NCBI RefSeq assembly: GCF_018350175.1
Contig: NC_058368.1
Span: 202,928,001-202,992,000, forward strand
Direction of reading: 5' to 3'
Length of the DNA: 64,000 nucleotides
Origin: Felis catus
Lineage: Eukaryota
The notes beneath the pieces are model-generated. The model was not told where the DNA came from and did not search any database. It was given only the letters and a program-made list of their open reading frames with translations. Positions 1 to 12,592 of this stretch are shown one piece after another. Positions within the stretch are counted from its first letter, which is position 1. Every line of letters begins with the position of its first letter. Made by a program: the position numbers and the translations under genes.

Positions 1-1056
1 AGTGGCAAAAATCTAAGTCCCACCTCAATTCTGTAGCGGCATTCATCTCTAAACATAAAACCTGGTTATCCAGCTTGCAAAGCTCAAATAACCAAGTAAC
101 CGAGATGTTCTATATTGTGTAAAATTGGGTGAGCTGACATTGCCCCCTTTGTACCCCAGCCCCGAGTCACTGCAGTTATGCTCTTGGCAACTCACCTCCA
201 GTCTGTGCTGACTGCCATGTCATGATTTCCTGCAGCCCGTGTTCTGCACGCCTGACTTACATCTGCTCAGATACCCACAGGTAGCTATGTGATCTTAGGC
301 CCCTGCCTCTGATCTCTCTCCCTGGGAAGCAGAACTATGCTGAGCATAACTTTAAGGCCAATAGACTGGTGGCTCAGCATGACCTCATTATAAGGGGCAT
401 TTACTTTGTCTTTTGATGTTAATGCATCCAGAAACTGGATGTGAGAACTCTGGCAAGTTCCATTGTCATACTTATCCGTATACATTAAGTTCGGGATGCA
501 CAAAAAGCACAGACAAAGTAGTTCTCGGCTCTGTGAAGCAACACATCTTTGACAGCATGGGGCCTCAGACCAGGCAGGTGGCTGACAAAGTCAAACATTA
601 GAGAACCATTGATAGTCTGTCTTTTATTCATCTATTTCCTCTCCCACCTACTCCCCATGCTTATCTACTTCAGTCTCCATCATAAAATGTACTTCCCAGG
701 CTTCATTGTCCTCTAGTTCTTAACTAAGTTTGGCCAACGGAGGCAATGGCAAAAGACTGAGGACAGGATAAAGGGATAAGGTGGACCATTTCTCTCCCCG
801 TCTGTTTTGGAAGCACTCTCGGCAAGCTCCCAAGCCTCCTGTGTGGCTGCAGCTCCTGCCTTACTGATATGCAGTGGCTCCAACTTTCACCAGGCAGGCC
901 AGCTCTTAGGCTGCCCAGTCTGGCCCTCCAGCCCCAGGGGTACCAGCACATCCAGAATGTGGCTAATATCGGAGTTGCCTTGCCATTCTCGGTTTAATTT
1001 TTCAGCTTTTTTATCACATGTAAAGATTTACCTGTGCCAAATATACTTGGTTTAAA

Positions 1057-1137
1057 GTATACTGAACCATATAAGATTGCTGATATTAACCTGAATCTGA
1101 TCAGTGAAAATGGTAATTACTTATGGTTTTACCAAAT
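1057..1137. mobile_element. MADE2-like mariner-derived MITE (~80 bp)
   Basis: Imperfect terminal inverted arms AACCATATAAGATTGC ... GTAATTACTTATGGTT; size and core resemble the recalled MADE2 consensus. Confidence 0.6.
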
Positions 1138-1278
1138 GTCCAGTAATTTGTTTTTGGTCTAGATCCTAAATGTGACACACCCCAAACTTAAGACAGTTAA
1201 AACCTCTGTCATAAGGGGAGTGGGTTGAGACTTGAGAAGAGTTAAAAAGGAAATATTATTTAAACTGGCATTTAAAGT

Positions 1279-1494
1279 GTTTTTTAAATATATTTTTTAA
1301 GTTTATGTTTGAGAGACAGAGAAAAAACACAAGTGGGGGAGGGGCAGAGAGAAAGGGAGACACAGAATCCGAAGCAGGCTCCAGGTTCCAAGCTGTCAGC
1401 ACAGACCCCGATGGGGGGCTTGAACCCAGGAACTGTGAGATCATAACATGGGCCGAAGTCGGACACTCAACTGACTGAGCCACCCAGGTGCCCC
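1279..1494 (-). mobile_element. Can-SINE (felid SINEC)
   Basis: Reverse-complement tRNA-derived head GGGGCACCTGGGTGGCTCAG, CT-rich region and A tail; degenerate TSD TAAACTG(G/A)CATTT at 1261 and 1495. Confidence 0.95.
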
Positions 1495-1666
1495 TAAACT
1501 GACATTTTAAAGATAAGTATAGTGCGCCAGATAAAGAGAAAATGGAAATGAGGAAGGACAAACTCTGACAAGTTAAGAAGGAACAGCATCTTTGGGCAAA
1601 GAAAGGCTTGCCGTGGCTCTAATTCCTGACTGAAATCTAATGGCAGCATGGGTGTCAGAAAACCAG

Positions 1667-2129
1667 TGTATTGGTTTGCTAGGGCTGCCATAACAGAGCG
1701 TTTTAAGCAAGGTGATTTGAACAACAGAAATTTATTATGTCATAGTTCTGAAAGTTAGAAGTCTAAGGTCAAGGTGTCATCAGGGCTGGTTCTCTCTGAG
1801 AGGTGTGAGGAAAACCGTTCCCTGTCCCTATCTCTGAGTGTTCTGCTGGCAATCTCTGGTGTTCTTCGGCTTGTAGAGACATCACCCCAATCTCTGTCTT
1901 CATTTTCCCATGGCATCATAGATATATACACACACCTCTGTGTGTATATGTGTCCAAATTTCTCCTTTTTATAAGAACAATGATCCTACTGGATCAGGGC
2001 CCACCTCGTGTTGTAATTTTACCTGGAATGTCTCTGGAAAGAAACCGTCACCCAATAAGCTCACGTTCTGAGTTAGGGATGAAGATTTCAACATAGAACT
2101 TTGAGGAGGAAGCAATTCAGCCTATAGCC
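1667..2129 (-). mobile_element. MLT1 (ERVL-MaLR) solo LTR, MLT1B/C-like
   Basis: Starts TGTATTGGTTTGCTAGGGCTGCCATAACA and contains AACAACAGAAATTTATT...AGTTCTG, typical of reverse-strand MLT1; 5-bp TSD ACCAG at 1662-1666 and 2130-2134. Confidence 0.85.
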
Positions 2130-2519
2130 ACCAGTGATAACATGTTGCCATAGTTGAAGCAAGCAATAAAGGGAACCAAACCTAATTACAGGGGATACTG
2201 AGAAAAAGGATAAATGATGTTGAAACTGCAAGTCAACAGGAGTGACAAACTGAATATGAAAATAAGATAAGCAGAAGGAAGTGTTGAAGTTGAAATCAGT
2301 ATTCTTTCCAAGGACACTTGGAATATGGCGAGGCCTTTAACTCAAAGAAGAAACATAAGAGAGAGAGAGAAAGAGAGCAAGTTCCCTGGACTTTAAAAAA
2401 GAAATTATGCTTTGACAGATGGAGATTAGAGGTATATGATGTCTGTGTTTTGATGTGGTAAATGTAAAGTGCATGCAGAACACTTAACTGGAGACATTGA
2501 GTGTGCCATGCAAATCTGG

Positions 2520-2938
2520 GGTCTGGAGTCTGGAGTTAGAATTCCTATGTTCAACCCTCATTTCTTCTTCCATGGTGTCTTTGGACAAAGTGCTTACCCT
2601 TCCTAAACTGCAGTTTCCTTTTTTTTTAAGTGTATTTATTTATTTTGAAGTGGGGGTGGAATGGGAGAGGGAGAGAATCCCAAAAAGATTCTGCACTGTC
2701 AGCACAGGACCCAACTCAGGGCTCGAACCCACGAACTGTGAGATCATGACCTGAACTGAAGTCAAGAGCTGGACGCTTGACCAACTGAGCCACTCAGGTT
2801 CCCCAACTGTAGTTTCCTTATCTGTGAGATGTGGATGTTAGCAATGTTTCATTGGGTTTCTGGAGGGTTATAATATAAGCCATATAGAACAGTTTAGTGC
2901 CTGGCACTACAAAAGTGCTTAATATTTGGTAGTTGTTA
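2520..2938 (+). mobile_element. MIR, interrupted by a SINE
   Basis: MIR core CAGTTTCCTT/ATCTGTGAGATG and 3' end AGTGCCTGGCAC...AAGTGCTTAATA. Confidence 0.65.
2621..2804 (-). mobile_element. Can-SINE
   Basis: SINEC body on the minus strand; TSD AACTG(C/T)AGTTTCCTT at 2606 and 2805. Confidence 0.93.
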
Positions 2939-4069
2939 TGATTGCTATTGCCACCCTGAGCAATATTGGTATTAGGAAAAGATTTGCATATCAGTAAATG
3001 GAGAGCCACATGGAAAAGTGATGTCATGTCCCTGCATAACACAATAGAAGGGACATCAAAGGTTTAAAAGAAATCTCAGAAACAAGATATATCCCTTCTA
3101 CCTTTCATAGAGGATAGTAAGAGAGCCCAAAGGAGGGAAGAGTCTTGCCATCCTTTGTTTGATGTATTTATTTGATTCCTGTGCCCAAAATTACACACAG
3201 TTTATTATTATCCAGGTAAATAGCACAATAAGTCTTTAAAAATTACTAATTTCTACAAAAAATTCAAGCATCCTGTAAATATGCAAGTAATAACACTGTT
3301 TCTTTCCATACTGATAAAAATCCTGTTCTGTATTTAAATGCTGCTACCAAGACCCACTCATCACTGGGAGGGAAAAGTTGTAGCAAGAATTGAAAAGGAC
3401 CTTCATATAAGAGCTCCATTGTACTAAAAGCACAGTGGTATTTCCTCTTCAATAAACGCCCATCATTTTCAAAATCTTCCCTAGGAAAAGAGATATAAAT
3501 TTTAACTTGTTAAGTATATACTTGCACTCATACACATTTTGTGAAATTTTCCAAACTTTCCTCTTCCTTGAGATTCACAAAGAAAAGAGAGCTAGGGAAG
3601 ACTGAAAAGGTAAAACAAAATGCTCTAAGAGTGGCAATTCACTGCACACATTTACAAAGGGTGGGCGGGAATGCACATGTGTTAGGTTGAACATTTGTCC
3701 GTTAAATGACAATGAAATTAAGAGTCAGCCTGCACGGAATTCAACAAAGCTGCTTCTCTTCCTCAATATTTCAGGGGATTATTTAAAATTTTTGTAACAT
3801 TAAGGTCTTGGAATCTTAGACTTGCAAAAGATTTTAAAGTTAATTTTGCTCAACATCTTTCAAAGCTTGTCTGAATGGAGACTTGTAGTTAGAGCTTTTT
3901 CAGAGAGAGGCAGGGAGCGTTGAGGGGAAGCGATTATCCACTTGACAAAACCGTGTTTTACCGACAAATAAATTACACGCTGAGGGTGGTAGAAGCAGTT
4001 TGGAACAATCTAAAATGGAGTGATACAAGTTTAGAGCTGAGATAGTCCCGCAGGGAACACCCTGTCTTA

Positions 4070-4205
4070 CCCCCACATTTTATTTATGAAGGAAGCAAAC
4101 TCACAGAACTGAGGTGACATTTTTATGAAGTCGTAATGACTATATGGCAGACTGGAACTGTACCTTATGATTCTGAGACTAGCTTCATTCCATTATACAA
4201 TGCTG
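4070..4205 (-). mobile_element. MIR fragment
   Basis: CCCCACATTTTA...ATGAAGGAAGCAAACTCACAGAACTGAGGTGAC resembles a degenerate MIR core. Confidence 0.45.
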
Positions 4206-4810
4206 ACCAATTAAAGAATGACAGGGAATTAAAAACAAGGTCATGATATAGTGAATATATCTTGTTTCTGTGTTCCTAATCCCGTGGGGGAGGGGGAGAT
4301 AAAGATCACATTTGTCCTCTCCACAGGTTCCTCACACAAACTAGGTACACTATCATTGAAAGGCCCAGCATAATCTTAAATATAAAATGGTCCAGCCTCT
4401 GGAAAAGGAGTCACAGTGAAGGGGAGAGTGGCTTGGCCCACTGAACAAAACAAAAAGATGTCATTTTTCCAGGCTGGTGCAGCCTATCCCTGGGGGAAGG
4501 AAGTGGAATAAGGAGGGAGAATGTGGTAGGCCAGGAATGGAGGGAGAAGGAATCACAATCTTGCTAAATTAGATGTAGCTTTACTTCACGCTTTGCAAAC
4601 TTTAATTAAAATTACAGGCTGACTTCCAAACCAAGTCATGTGAACCTGAAAAAAGCTTGTTTCCTAAGCTCTCCGAAGGAAAAACAAAAATAAATATCAA
4701 ACAAAACAAAATACACACAGAACAACCACAGCCTAAGCAATATAGAACAATATATACTGTGACACAACTTGATAAGCTCAGTAAATATTGTTTTAAAAGT
4801 GAACACCTGA

Positions 4811-4920
4811 GGACGCCTGGCTGGCTCAGTCAGAAGAACATGCAACTCTTGATCTTGGGGTCATGAGTTCAAGCCTCACGTTGGGTATAGAGATTACTTA
4901 AAAATAAAATCTTAAAAAAA
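4811..4920 (+). mobile_element. Short Can-SINE (tRNA-Lys-like head directly followed by A-rich tail)
   Basis: GGACGCCTGGCTGGCTCAGTC...GAGTTCAAGCC...GGGTATAGAGATTACTTAAAAATAAAATCTT; TSD AAAAGTGAA(C/A)ACCTGA at 4795 and 4918. Confidence 0.9.
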
Positions 4921-5217
4921 AGTGAAAACCTGAAACTTGACCCATTTCTGCTCCATTGCAGTTTTCAGATCTTTCCAGCATCTCCAGGCTTCTTGCCATC
5001 TAACTCTGGCTTTATTCTCTAACCTCGATTGATATTGAATATATTTTTATGGTACTGAAATTACTGAGTTTGAGAGAAAATAATTGCCACTAGATTTTTA
5101 CCATAATCCGTGTTCTGCTGTGTTCTTAATGGCAGAGAGGAGAATCAGCCAATTCTGAGCAACCTGTCTGTGAAAAGCAATGTCATGGTCCTTCATATGC
5201 CCTGTTCCATCTGAGCG

Positions 5218-5448
5218 TTTTTTTTTAATTTTAATTTTTAATTTTAATTTTTTAATATTTGTTTTTGAAAGAGAGAGAGAGAGCAAGCAGAAGAGAGGCA
5301 GAGAGAGAGGGAGACACAGAATCTGAAGCAGATGCCAGGCTCTGAGCTTTCAGCACAGAGCTCAGTGTGGGGCTTGAACTCATGAGCCATGAGATCATGA
5401 CCCGAGCCAAAGTTGGACACTTAACTGACTGAGCCATCCAGGCATCCC
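5218..5448 (-). mobile_element. Can-SINE
   Basis: Full SINEC body; TSD CATCTG(A/G)GC on both sides. Confidence 0.95.
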
Positions 5449-6329
5449 TCATCTGGGCTTCTTAACCCTATCATATTGATGAGAAAACTGAAGCAGAGTG
5501 GTTTCAGGTGACTTTTTTAAATGACTCTAAAGAAAAAGTTTTCAGTCTGCCAACTACAAAACCTAGTTTTTCCCTCCCACCATGATAAATCAATACCCCT
5601 GCTATGAGTGATTTACTGGAATGATCAGCACTTATGAATATATCTACTTGCATTCATATACATAGGCAGACTTTTTATATTATTCTTTTATAATTAGAAA
5701 TTCAGGGGTTTGCTATTTTTCATCCTGAAATATAGGCAAATTGATGCTAAACCAATCAGACAATTTCTTAATATGAGTTCTAGTATCATGATTATATTGA
5801 TTGTTATCACATCAATTTTCATCACCTCTGTAATAATTTTATTGTAATTAAAGCATCACTTTATAAACAGCTCATCAGAATAATTTCATAAACTTGTAGC
5901 TTAGAAAAATTTACATTTCACTCATATCATGTCTTCTGGGGTTGAGTTCAGAACAGTGACTTGTTCTACTTTTACTCTTTTAGAAAAATCAGTATCATTT
6001 ACACTTGGACTCATGATATATCCATATTCTCTAAATCTGTGAGAACACAGATCACTTCCTGTATGCATGGCATGGGTTTCTGACATGCTAATATTTCATG
6101 TCTTCATGCCTAAGCATTGAATTTAGCACAACATAGTATTTTGTTTTGTTTTTTGCTTACAAAAACAGTTTTGACTCTTGTATAGGATTCTCAGGCCAAT
6201 GTTAGTCAAAGTTGTATATACTCAGGTAAGATGTCAGATAGGCTAAGGTTCTGTAGGACGGGGGGCGGGGGGATCATCTTATTTGCCATGATTATTTGGA
6301 TTGCTCTCCCATTTAGTTCATATTTCCCC

Positions 6330-6763
6330 GTGTCATCTAGCATTGCTGAACCACAGGACTGTATTTAGTGCCAAGGCCATCCATTGGGGCATCTCTTTGT
6401 GTATCTTTGTGCCTAATTCAGATGGCGTACAAGTGCAACAAATTTGGCCTATGGAAAGCATGGAGACCAGGGGCTCAGACCCCTTCAGGATGTGAACCTC
6501 TGTCATGCTACCAGCTAAACTGCCAAGACCAGCAGAGATGCTTGCTAGCTGAGGGTGAGAGTGACCTTGAGGGGATGGCGGTAGAAAGAGCTGATCAATT
6601 TGGCCCTGAGACCAGCTGCAGAGGCTGGGAGTGAATTGTAGATCATCCCAATCACCTTCTTCTTGTACATCTTCCCCAGGAAGAAAGACCCAGTCTGGGT
6701 CTGGAGGGAATGCTCTCATAACACGTATGAACAAAGCTGATGTGAGAGGCAGAATGAGTGTTC
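6330..6763 (+). mobile_element. ERVL internal relic (ERV3-16A3/ERVL-E-like), 3' end of the pol/dUTPase region
   Basis: Frameshifted peptides VQVQQIWPMESMETRGSDPFRM and LAEGESDLEG match the recalled ERVL C-terminal motif; similar to 37640-37890 in this window. Confidence 0.75.
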
Positions 6764-6960
6764 TGTGGTGGACAAGGAGGTGTGCTGCCTAAAGTCCCCA
6801 GTCATGGCAATGCTGTTAGGCACCACCCCCGTGTGAGATTGCCTTTCCGCTGCGGCTGCTGGAGGCCACGCCCCCCCACGCGCCCGCCCCACATCCTTTG
6901 GCTGGTGAACACAGGTCCTGTATGGTGGGTACAGCAATTTCTCTGATTAGAGTCCAATCA
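6764..6960 (+). mobile_element. LTR16-like ERVL LTR fragment
   Basis: Starts TGTGGTGGACAAGGAGGTGTGCTGCCTAAAGTCCCC immediately after the ERVL internal sequence; end uncertain. Confidence 0.55.
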
Positions 6961-7697
6961 CATCATTTAGGAGCTAAAACTAAAATAAAACTGATCTCAT
7001 TTTCTTCTCCTTTTTGTGCACTTTGAGGTCCAGAAGAACATCTTATTTCAATCTCATCCCATTTCTTTCTGACTTCTGCATCTGTGTTAGTCACTGAACC
7101 ATCTGTAACTCCTTCCCTAACCACCCCCCACCTGCAGTTTAAGTCTGGTTAATTTAAATATACTTTACTTCACGCAATTTTATCTGATCCTCTAAATTGC
7201 AAGTGATGTTTTCTTCCATTTTCCTCCCTCGAGTACATTTTTTGTGTGTCTCTTTTTATGCCTGTACTCAGATACTGCCTTAAACTCGGTATTAAAATAC
7301 TCATATTTACCTTCTGTTAATTTTAAATTTTTTAAAAGAGTACAAAGGCACTCTATCTTCTGGGTTTTTGCTCTCTGAGTAGTTTGGATGTTAATAATTC
7401 AAAATGTTTGTGAAATATATTATTAAAAGGTCTTAGAAATAATAAGAAATAAGTGAAGAGTGATCAACAATGGGGTAAAAACAAGATTGTAAAAAAAAAA
7501 AAAGTAAAGTGACCACAAATCCTGGAACCCTAACTATTTTCCTGTGGTTTATATGATCCAGTCATTTGGTTTAAGAAAAGGCCAGAAGAATCAGAGGGGC
7601 ATTTCAATTTTCCTTTGAGGAAAGTCCTGCTCTTTCTCATGTTGTATAATGTGTGAGGTTGGCTTGTTTATTTTTTTCCCCTAAATATACTTCTTGA

Positions 7698-7913
7698 GGG
7701 GCACCTGGGTGGCTCAGTTGGTTGAGCGTCCGACTTCAGCTCAGGTCATGATCTCACAGGTCGTGGGTTCGAGTCCCGTGTTGGGCTCTGTGCTGACAGC
7801 TCAGAGCCTGGAGCCTGCTTCGGATTCTGTGTCTCCCTCTCTCTGCCCCTCCCCCGCTCATACTCTGTCTCTCTCTCTCTCTGTCAAAAATAAACAAATA
7901 TGTAAAAAAAAAT
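7698..7913 (+). mobile_element. Can-SINE
   Basis: Full body; TSD TAAA(T/C)ATA(C/T)TTCTTGA at 7682 and 7914. Confidence 0.95.
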
Positions 7914-7960
7914 TAAACATATTTCTTGAATAGCCTTAGAGAAGACTCAGCAGCGGGATT

Positions 7961-8580
7961 TGTAATGCCTGAAGTTCCGAAAACCTCCCACAAAAGTCCA
8001 CCAGAGTCGTAAGTCAAAGCCAAGCGGCAAGGGTCATTTATTGCAGGTTCGAACCTGGACCTCTGCGCACTCGTTGCCGGTGACGCTAAGGGGTCCCTAT
8101 CAGGGTTGGTACAGCGTTTTTATAGACAGAGACAAATAGCACAGGGGAGGTTTCAAATTATGAGGGGCCTGATTAGTTGATTTTAAAGTAAGGACATTTG
8201 TTGTTCTCTGATTGGGCGTCCTTTGTCTGTTCTTTGACGGGAAGGCTTTGTCCATTACTTGTGGTGGGAGGAAAAGGGGGAAGGGGGAAGGGGGTAGGTG
8301 AGGAATGTGCTAAGCAAGCAGGTTTACAGAAGCGAGAAATGCCAGTTAGTTTATGTACAATCACTCATTCCATTACATATCAGACTACATTTAGGAAGGT
8401 TTACAACCCATTCTACTACACAGCGGGTTACATTCAGGAAAGGCCTCACAATGCTCGTAGCAAACAGCAAGCAAAACAGACTTCTCAGCAATTGTATTTC
8501 TTATCAAAGATCCATAATAAACAGAAAAGAGAACCTAGCTTTAAACTAAGGCAGGGCTGTCATTTGGATTGTTCCTTTCA
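7961..8580 (-). mobile_element. Gammaretrovirus-like (ERV1 class) solo LTR, 620 bp
   Basis: TG...CA termini (minus strand TGAAAGG...ATTACA); perfect 4-bp TSD GATT at 7957-7960 and 8581-8584; CCAAT, TATA and AATAAA in LTR order; CpGs retained. Confidence 0.9.
8037..8215 (-). promoter_or_regulatory. LTR core promoter and polyadenylation signal
   Basis: Minus strand: CCAAT 8211-8215, TATAAAA 8118-8124, AATAAA 8037-8042. Confidence 0.75.
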
Positions 8581-9938
8581 GATTTTCAAAAAAAAACACC
8601 ATAATTACACTTTAAAATTAAAAAAAATATATAGATAGTGTTCTGTGAGAAAAGAACTTTGATGAGGCAGAGATGAAAACGACTTTAAATTGTCAATTAT
8701 CTCTGTTGCTATGCATTCAAATGATACCTAAGGTAAATTGTTTCTACTCCTTCAAAATCATTGCCTATTCCTGACAAAATCCTAATCAAATGACTAATTT
8801 CTTAGATCAGTGTGATCTGTAACTTTTAATGCTATGCTATTTGGGCCTAAGTACTAATTCTTGAATGAATATTTGGTGTACAGTGAAAAAAAAAACAAGG
8901 CCTTTGTGGAATTTGTTGTCTTTTGTTGGTTACTTCATGAAAGGATTATTGCATAAATTCTAGTTACTATGTTAGTTTAGATTATAGCATTGTAATCTAA
9001 TATATAATCCAATATATAGATGTTATATTAATCTTTAGGCATTATTTATGCATTTTTCTGGTCCCCAAATATTTATTATTTGTAAATAATGTACTCTGCC
9101 TCAAAATGTGTATATGTGCAATACATAAGTATTTGGCACAGTAAAGCCCAAACCTCATATTTCTGTAATTCCTCTCCTCAAAGAGCTTAATGTCATGCTC
9201 TATCCTGCCATCTCAATTCAAAACATATCATCTAATTAACTCTTATAGAGATACTGGTTGTCAGGAACAAAGACAAAAATAGTGCATATACCACTGCTTT
9301 TCCACTTAGCCCATAGAAATGTATTCTTTCCACTACCAACAACATTTTGCTTTCCAACACAAATCTAACGATTGGGTACCCTGCTTTTCTGATAGTTGTA
9401 ATAATCATCAGAGGCAAACCCTGAAAATAAAGGTGCCAGAATTTTCTGGAAGAGTTGAGACTTAAAACAATGTGTTCACTACCCTTCTTACAATAGTGCT
9501 TTGTAAATGATTATCTCCGTATTGATTATTACAGCTGCACAGATGTTTGTAGGCAGAACCGGTTCTTATGGGTGTTGACAAATTTACTGTTGGGTTGTGG
9601 GTACAGAAATAAAATTCTGTTATCATAGTATCCAAAAGAAGATGTATGAGGAAGTTACATACAGTTCAAAGGATTGAGACATAATGCTACAGTGAAGAAT
9701 ACAGGATTTCTTTCACAGATGGAGGGAAACCGGAAGGTAGGCTCTGACTATTTCCAGTAGTGTTGACCTTGGTCTATTCACTCAGACCTCTGAGTTGTCT
9801 GTTCCATCTGTGCCGTGGTGAGAGTTTATATGAAATACATATCATTACATAATGACTGATGTGTAGGGAGCACTCAACAAATTTAGTTTCCTTCTCAGTC
9901 TTGACTGAATATTTAACATACTTAAATAAAATATTTTT

Positions 9939-10165
9939 GGGCCGCCTGGGTGGCTCAGTTGGTTAAGCGTCCAACTTTTGATTTTGGCCTAGGTCATGAT
10001 CTTGTGGTTCGTGGGTTCAAGCCCACATTGGGCTCTATGCTGGCAGCATGGAGCCTGCTTGGGATTCTCTCTCTCCCTTGCTCTCTGCCCCCCCCCACCC
10101 AACTTGCATTCTGTCCCTCCCTCTTTTTCTCTCTCCTTTTCTCAAAATAAACTTTTTTTTAAAAA
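9939..10165 (+). mobile_element. Can-SINE (older variant)
   Basis: GGGCCGCCTGGGTGGCTCAGTTGGTTAAGCGTCC head, CT-rich region, decayed tail. Confidence 0.93.
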
Positions 10166-10640
10166 GTTTTTACTTCTTTTGAGTAGGTGTTAAAAAATAT
10201 CAAATGATCAAAGGAATTTAGAATTTCTAGAGCATTTTGGAAATTGTTTTACCATTCAGCAACCCTCTCTTGACTGTAGCATTCTGCAAGAAGTTGGTTT
10301 TGACATGACAGCATTTTCAAGAATTTCTCCTCATCCCCTATGCCCAACTTTGAACAGTGTGATAGTCTCTACCTGCATTCCAGGAACCAAGGTATTTTAG
10401 ATGCCTCCACTGGGGGAATTTCCCTAGAGCAGTGGATGGAAGGTATTCCACACCAGAAAGACCCATGGATACAAGCAGACTGACTTTAAAGCCACACTGC
10501 TGTCCACTCTGACAAATAAAACAAATTAAACCATTCATACTGGGTTTTCCCAGCATGAGATTTTGATTTTAGCTTTTTCTCACATGATGTTTAGTAGGCA
10601 TTTGTTCACATTCATTGTCTCTGATTTAGAAGGATTTTAG

Positions 10641-10800
10641 GGGGTGCCTGGGTGGCTCAGTTGGTTGGACGTCCGACTTCAGCTCAGGTCATGATCTCAC
10701 AGTTCATGAGATTGAGCCCCGTGTCAGGCTCTGTGCTGACAGCTCAGGGCCTGGAGCCTGCTTCAGATTCTGTGTCTCCCTCTCTGCCCCCTCCTGCTCA

Positions 10801-10844
<44 letters not shown>

Positions 10845-10877
10845 AATAAATAAACATTAAAAATTTTTCTTTAAAAA
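10641..10877 (+). mobile_element. Can-SINE with long (CT)n
   Basis: Full body; TSD AGAAGG(A/G)TTTTAGG. Confidence 0.95.
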
Positions 10878-11059
10878 GAAGGGTTTTAGGAATTCAACTT
10901 ACTAGAGAGTTATTTTAATTCTTTGTTTCACATGGCCAGTGACAGGCCAAAGCAAGCAAGGCTTGTCCCCATGATGCCACATCCCCAGCTTCTCCAGAGA
11001 TGTTGGGACTATTGCTTTCTTTCTGTCCCTGCAGAAAAGGGTCAGGAGAAGGGGAAGGA

Positions 11060-11200
11060 GATTAACATTTACTGACTTGAACTATGTGCCAGGTACCGAA
11101 CTATGTGCTTCATGTGTTACTTCCTAGTACACTTTACTCTCATCGTATACTCAGATTAGCTTGGTCTGGTTTGTGTTTTTAGAGATGAGAACACTATTGC
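11060..11200 (-). mobile_element. MIR fragment
   Basis: TAACATTTACTGACTTGAACTATGTGCCAGGTAC is a typical reverse MIR 3' end. Confidence 0.5.
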
Positions 11201-12009
11201 AGTTTGCCTCATGACATATTCTTCTGAGGACCAAAATGGAATAGGGTAAGTCAAGTTGAACTTTGGGTCATTTTTAAATCCATTAAGACCTTGAACACAT
11301 GAAATTTGATTAACTGGCTCTATCAAGTATCATGAAAATTATTTTTTCTGATTCTAATGTAAATGTCTGGTAGCAAATATCGACACAACACAGAAAAGCA
11401 AAAGGGAATTTAAAAATGTACTACTAGAGATGGCCACTATTAATATTTTGTTATATAACTCTCCATAGGTTCTTATTTTACGTATATATCACACGTCATA
11501 CATATAATGCCATAGTATAGAGAGTACAAATGTAAGCTGTTCTATTTCATATTTTTATTGAGTTTTTACTTAAAAGCAATGCATTCTTTTCATAATATAT
11601 TTCAAATTCTTCATAGTCTTCATCCCTGGAAGCAAATGTTTTTCTATCTCCCAGAAGAATTTGCTATGTATATTCCAACAAGTTTCCCACATGAATATGA
11701 ACATATTTTTTTTCTTCTGACATAAATGGCAGCATGCATTACCCATGAGTCTGTGTCTCATGTTTGAAATGTCAGGTCTGTTCATATCGGTGTCTATGGT
11801 ATCTTTGCTGATTGGTTTTGTATTGACAAACTCACTGACAGACATTTATATGTTATGGTGAAATTGCAATTATAATCATCATAATTTTCAAAGTTATAGA
11901 TCCAAAAAACATCCATGTTTCAAATAAGTGTGATCTGGTGTCAGAGTTTCTGATTTTAGCCAATAAATTATGTTAATTCCATTTTTTCTTTTTGTAGCTT
12001 CTGGATATT

Positions 12010-12145
12010 ATAGATTGATTTCTGGATATTTTACCTATTTGTTAATCTTCAGTCCAATGCCTTACTTTCTAATATTTTCTAAATGATTATTTTTTTTTAT
12101 TTATTTTTAAAAAAATTTTTTTCAACTTTTTTATTTTATTTTTGG

Positions 12146-12181
<36 letters not shown>

Positions 12182-12592
12182 ATGAACGGGGGAGGGGCAG
12201 AGAGAGAGGGAGACACAGAATCGGAAGCAGGCTCCAGGCTCTGAGCCATCAGCCCAGAGCCTGACGCGGGGCTTGAACTCACAGACCGCGAGATCGTGAC
12301 CTGGCTGAAGTCAGACGCTTAACCGACTGCGCCACCCAGGCGCCCCTCTAAATGATTATTTTTAATTAAGTTTATCATCTTATTGAATTATAGTTTCTAA
12401 TATTTTTTGGTCAGTTTTCTTTGGCTTCCTACGTATCATGCTCAGCTGAAAATAATGACAATTTTTGCTTCCTCTTTTATAGTCTCTAAACTTCTTATGC
12501 ATTTCTCTTATCAATTTGAATTGAAATTTTCCAGGAAAATATTAGATAAAATGCTAGTAGTATTCATCTTTGTTTTGTTTCTGACTTCAAAA
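12010..12592 (-). mobile_element. Ancient L1M/L1ME ORF2 fragment, interrupted by a SINE
   Basis: T-rich antisense L1 signature TATCATGCTCAGCTGAAAATAATGACAATTTTTGCTTCCTC...CATCTTTGTTTTGTTTCTGACTTCAAA. Confidence 0.6.
12091..12346 (-). mobile_element. Young SINEC_Fc
   Basis: Diagnostic GGCGCAGTCGG, CCAGGTCACG and GATGGCTC; CpG-rich; perfect TSD TCTAAATGATTATTTTT at 12078 and 12347. Confidence 0.97.

Noticed and set aside
4811..4885. tRNA-Lys-like sequence
   Set aside because: It has an A-rich tail, a TSD and degenerate stems, so it is a short Can-SINE rather than a tRNA gene.
6333..6734. 133-aa minus-strand ORF
   Set aside because: It is antisense to a decayed ERVL internal region, so a chance open frame.
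6820..6895. Small CpG/GC-box cluster (GCCACGCCCC, CCCGCCCC)
   Set aside because: It is under 100 bp, inside an LTR16-like relic, and far short of a CpG island.
7694..7933. Recurrent ORFs such as MAQLVERPTSAQVMISQ...SLEPASDSVSPSL seen many times in the ORF track
   Set aside because: These are translations of Can-SINE bodies, not a gene family.
8198..8638. 146-aa and 83-aa ORFs
   Set aside because: They lie antisense across the U3 of the solo LTR, start at non-ATG codons and show no recognisable domain.
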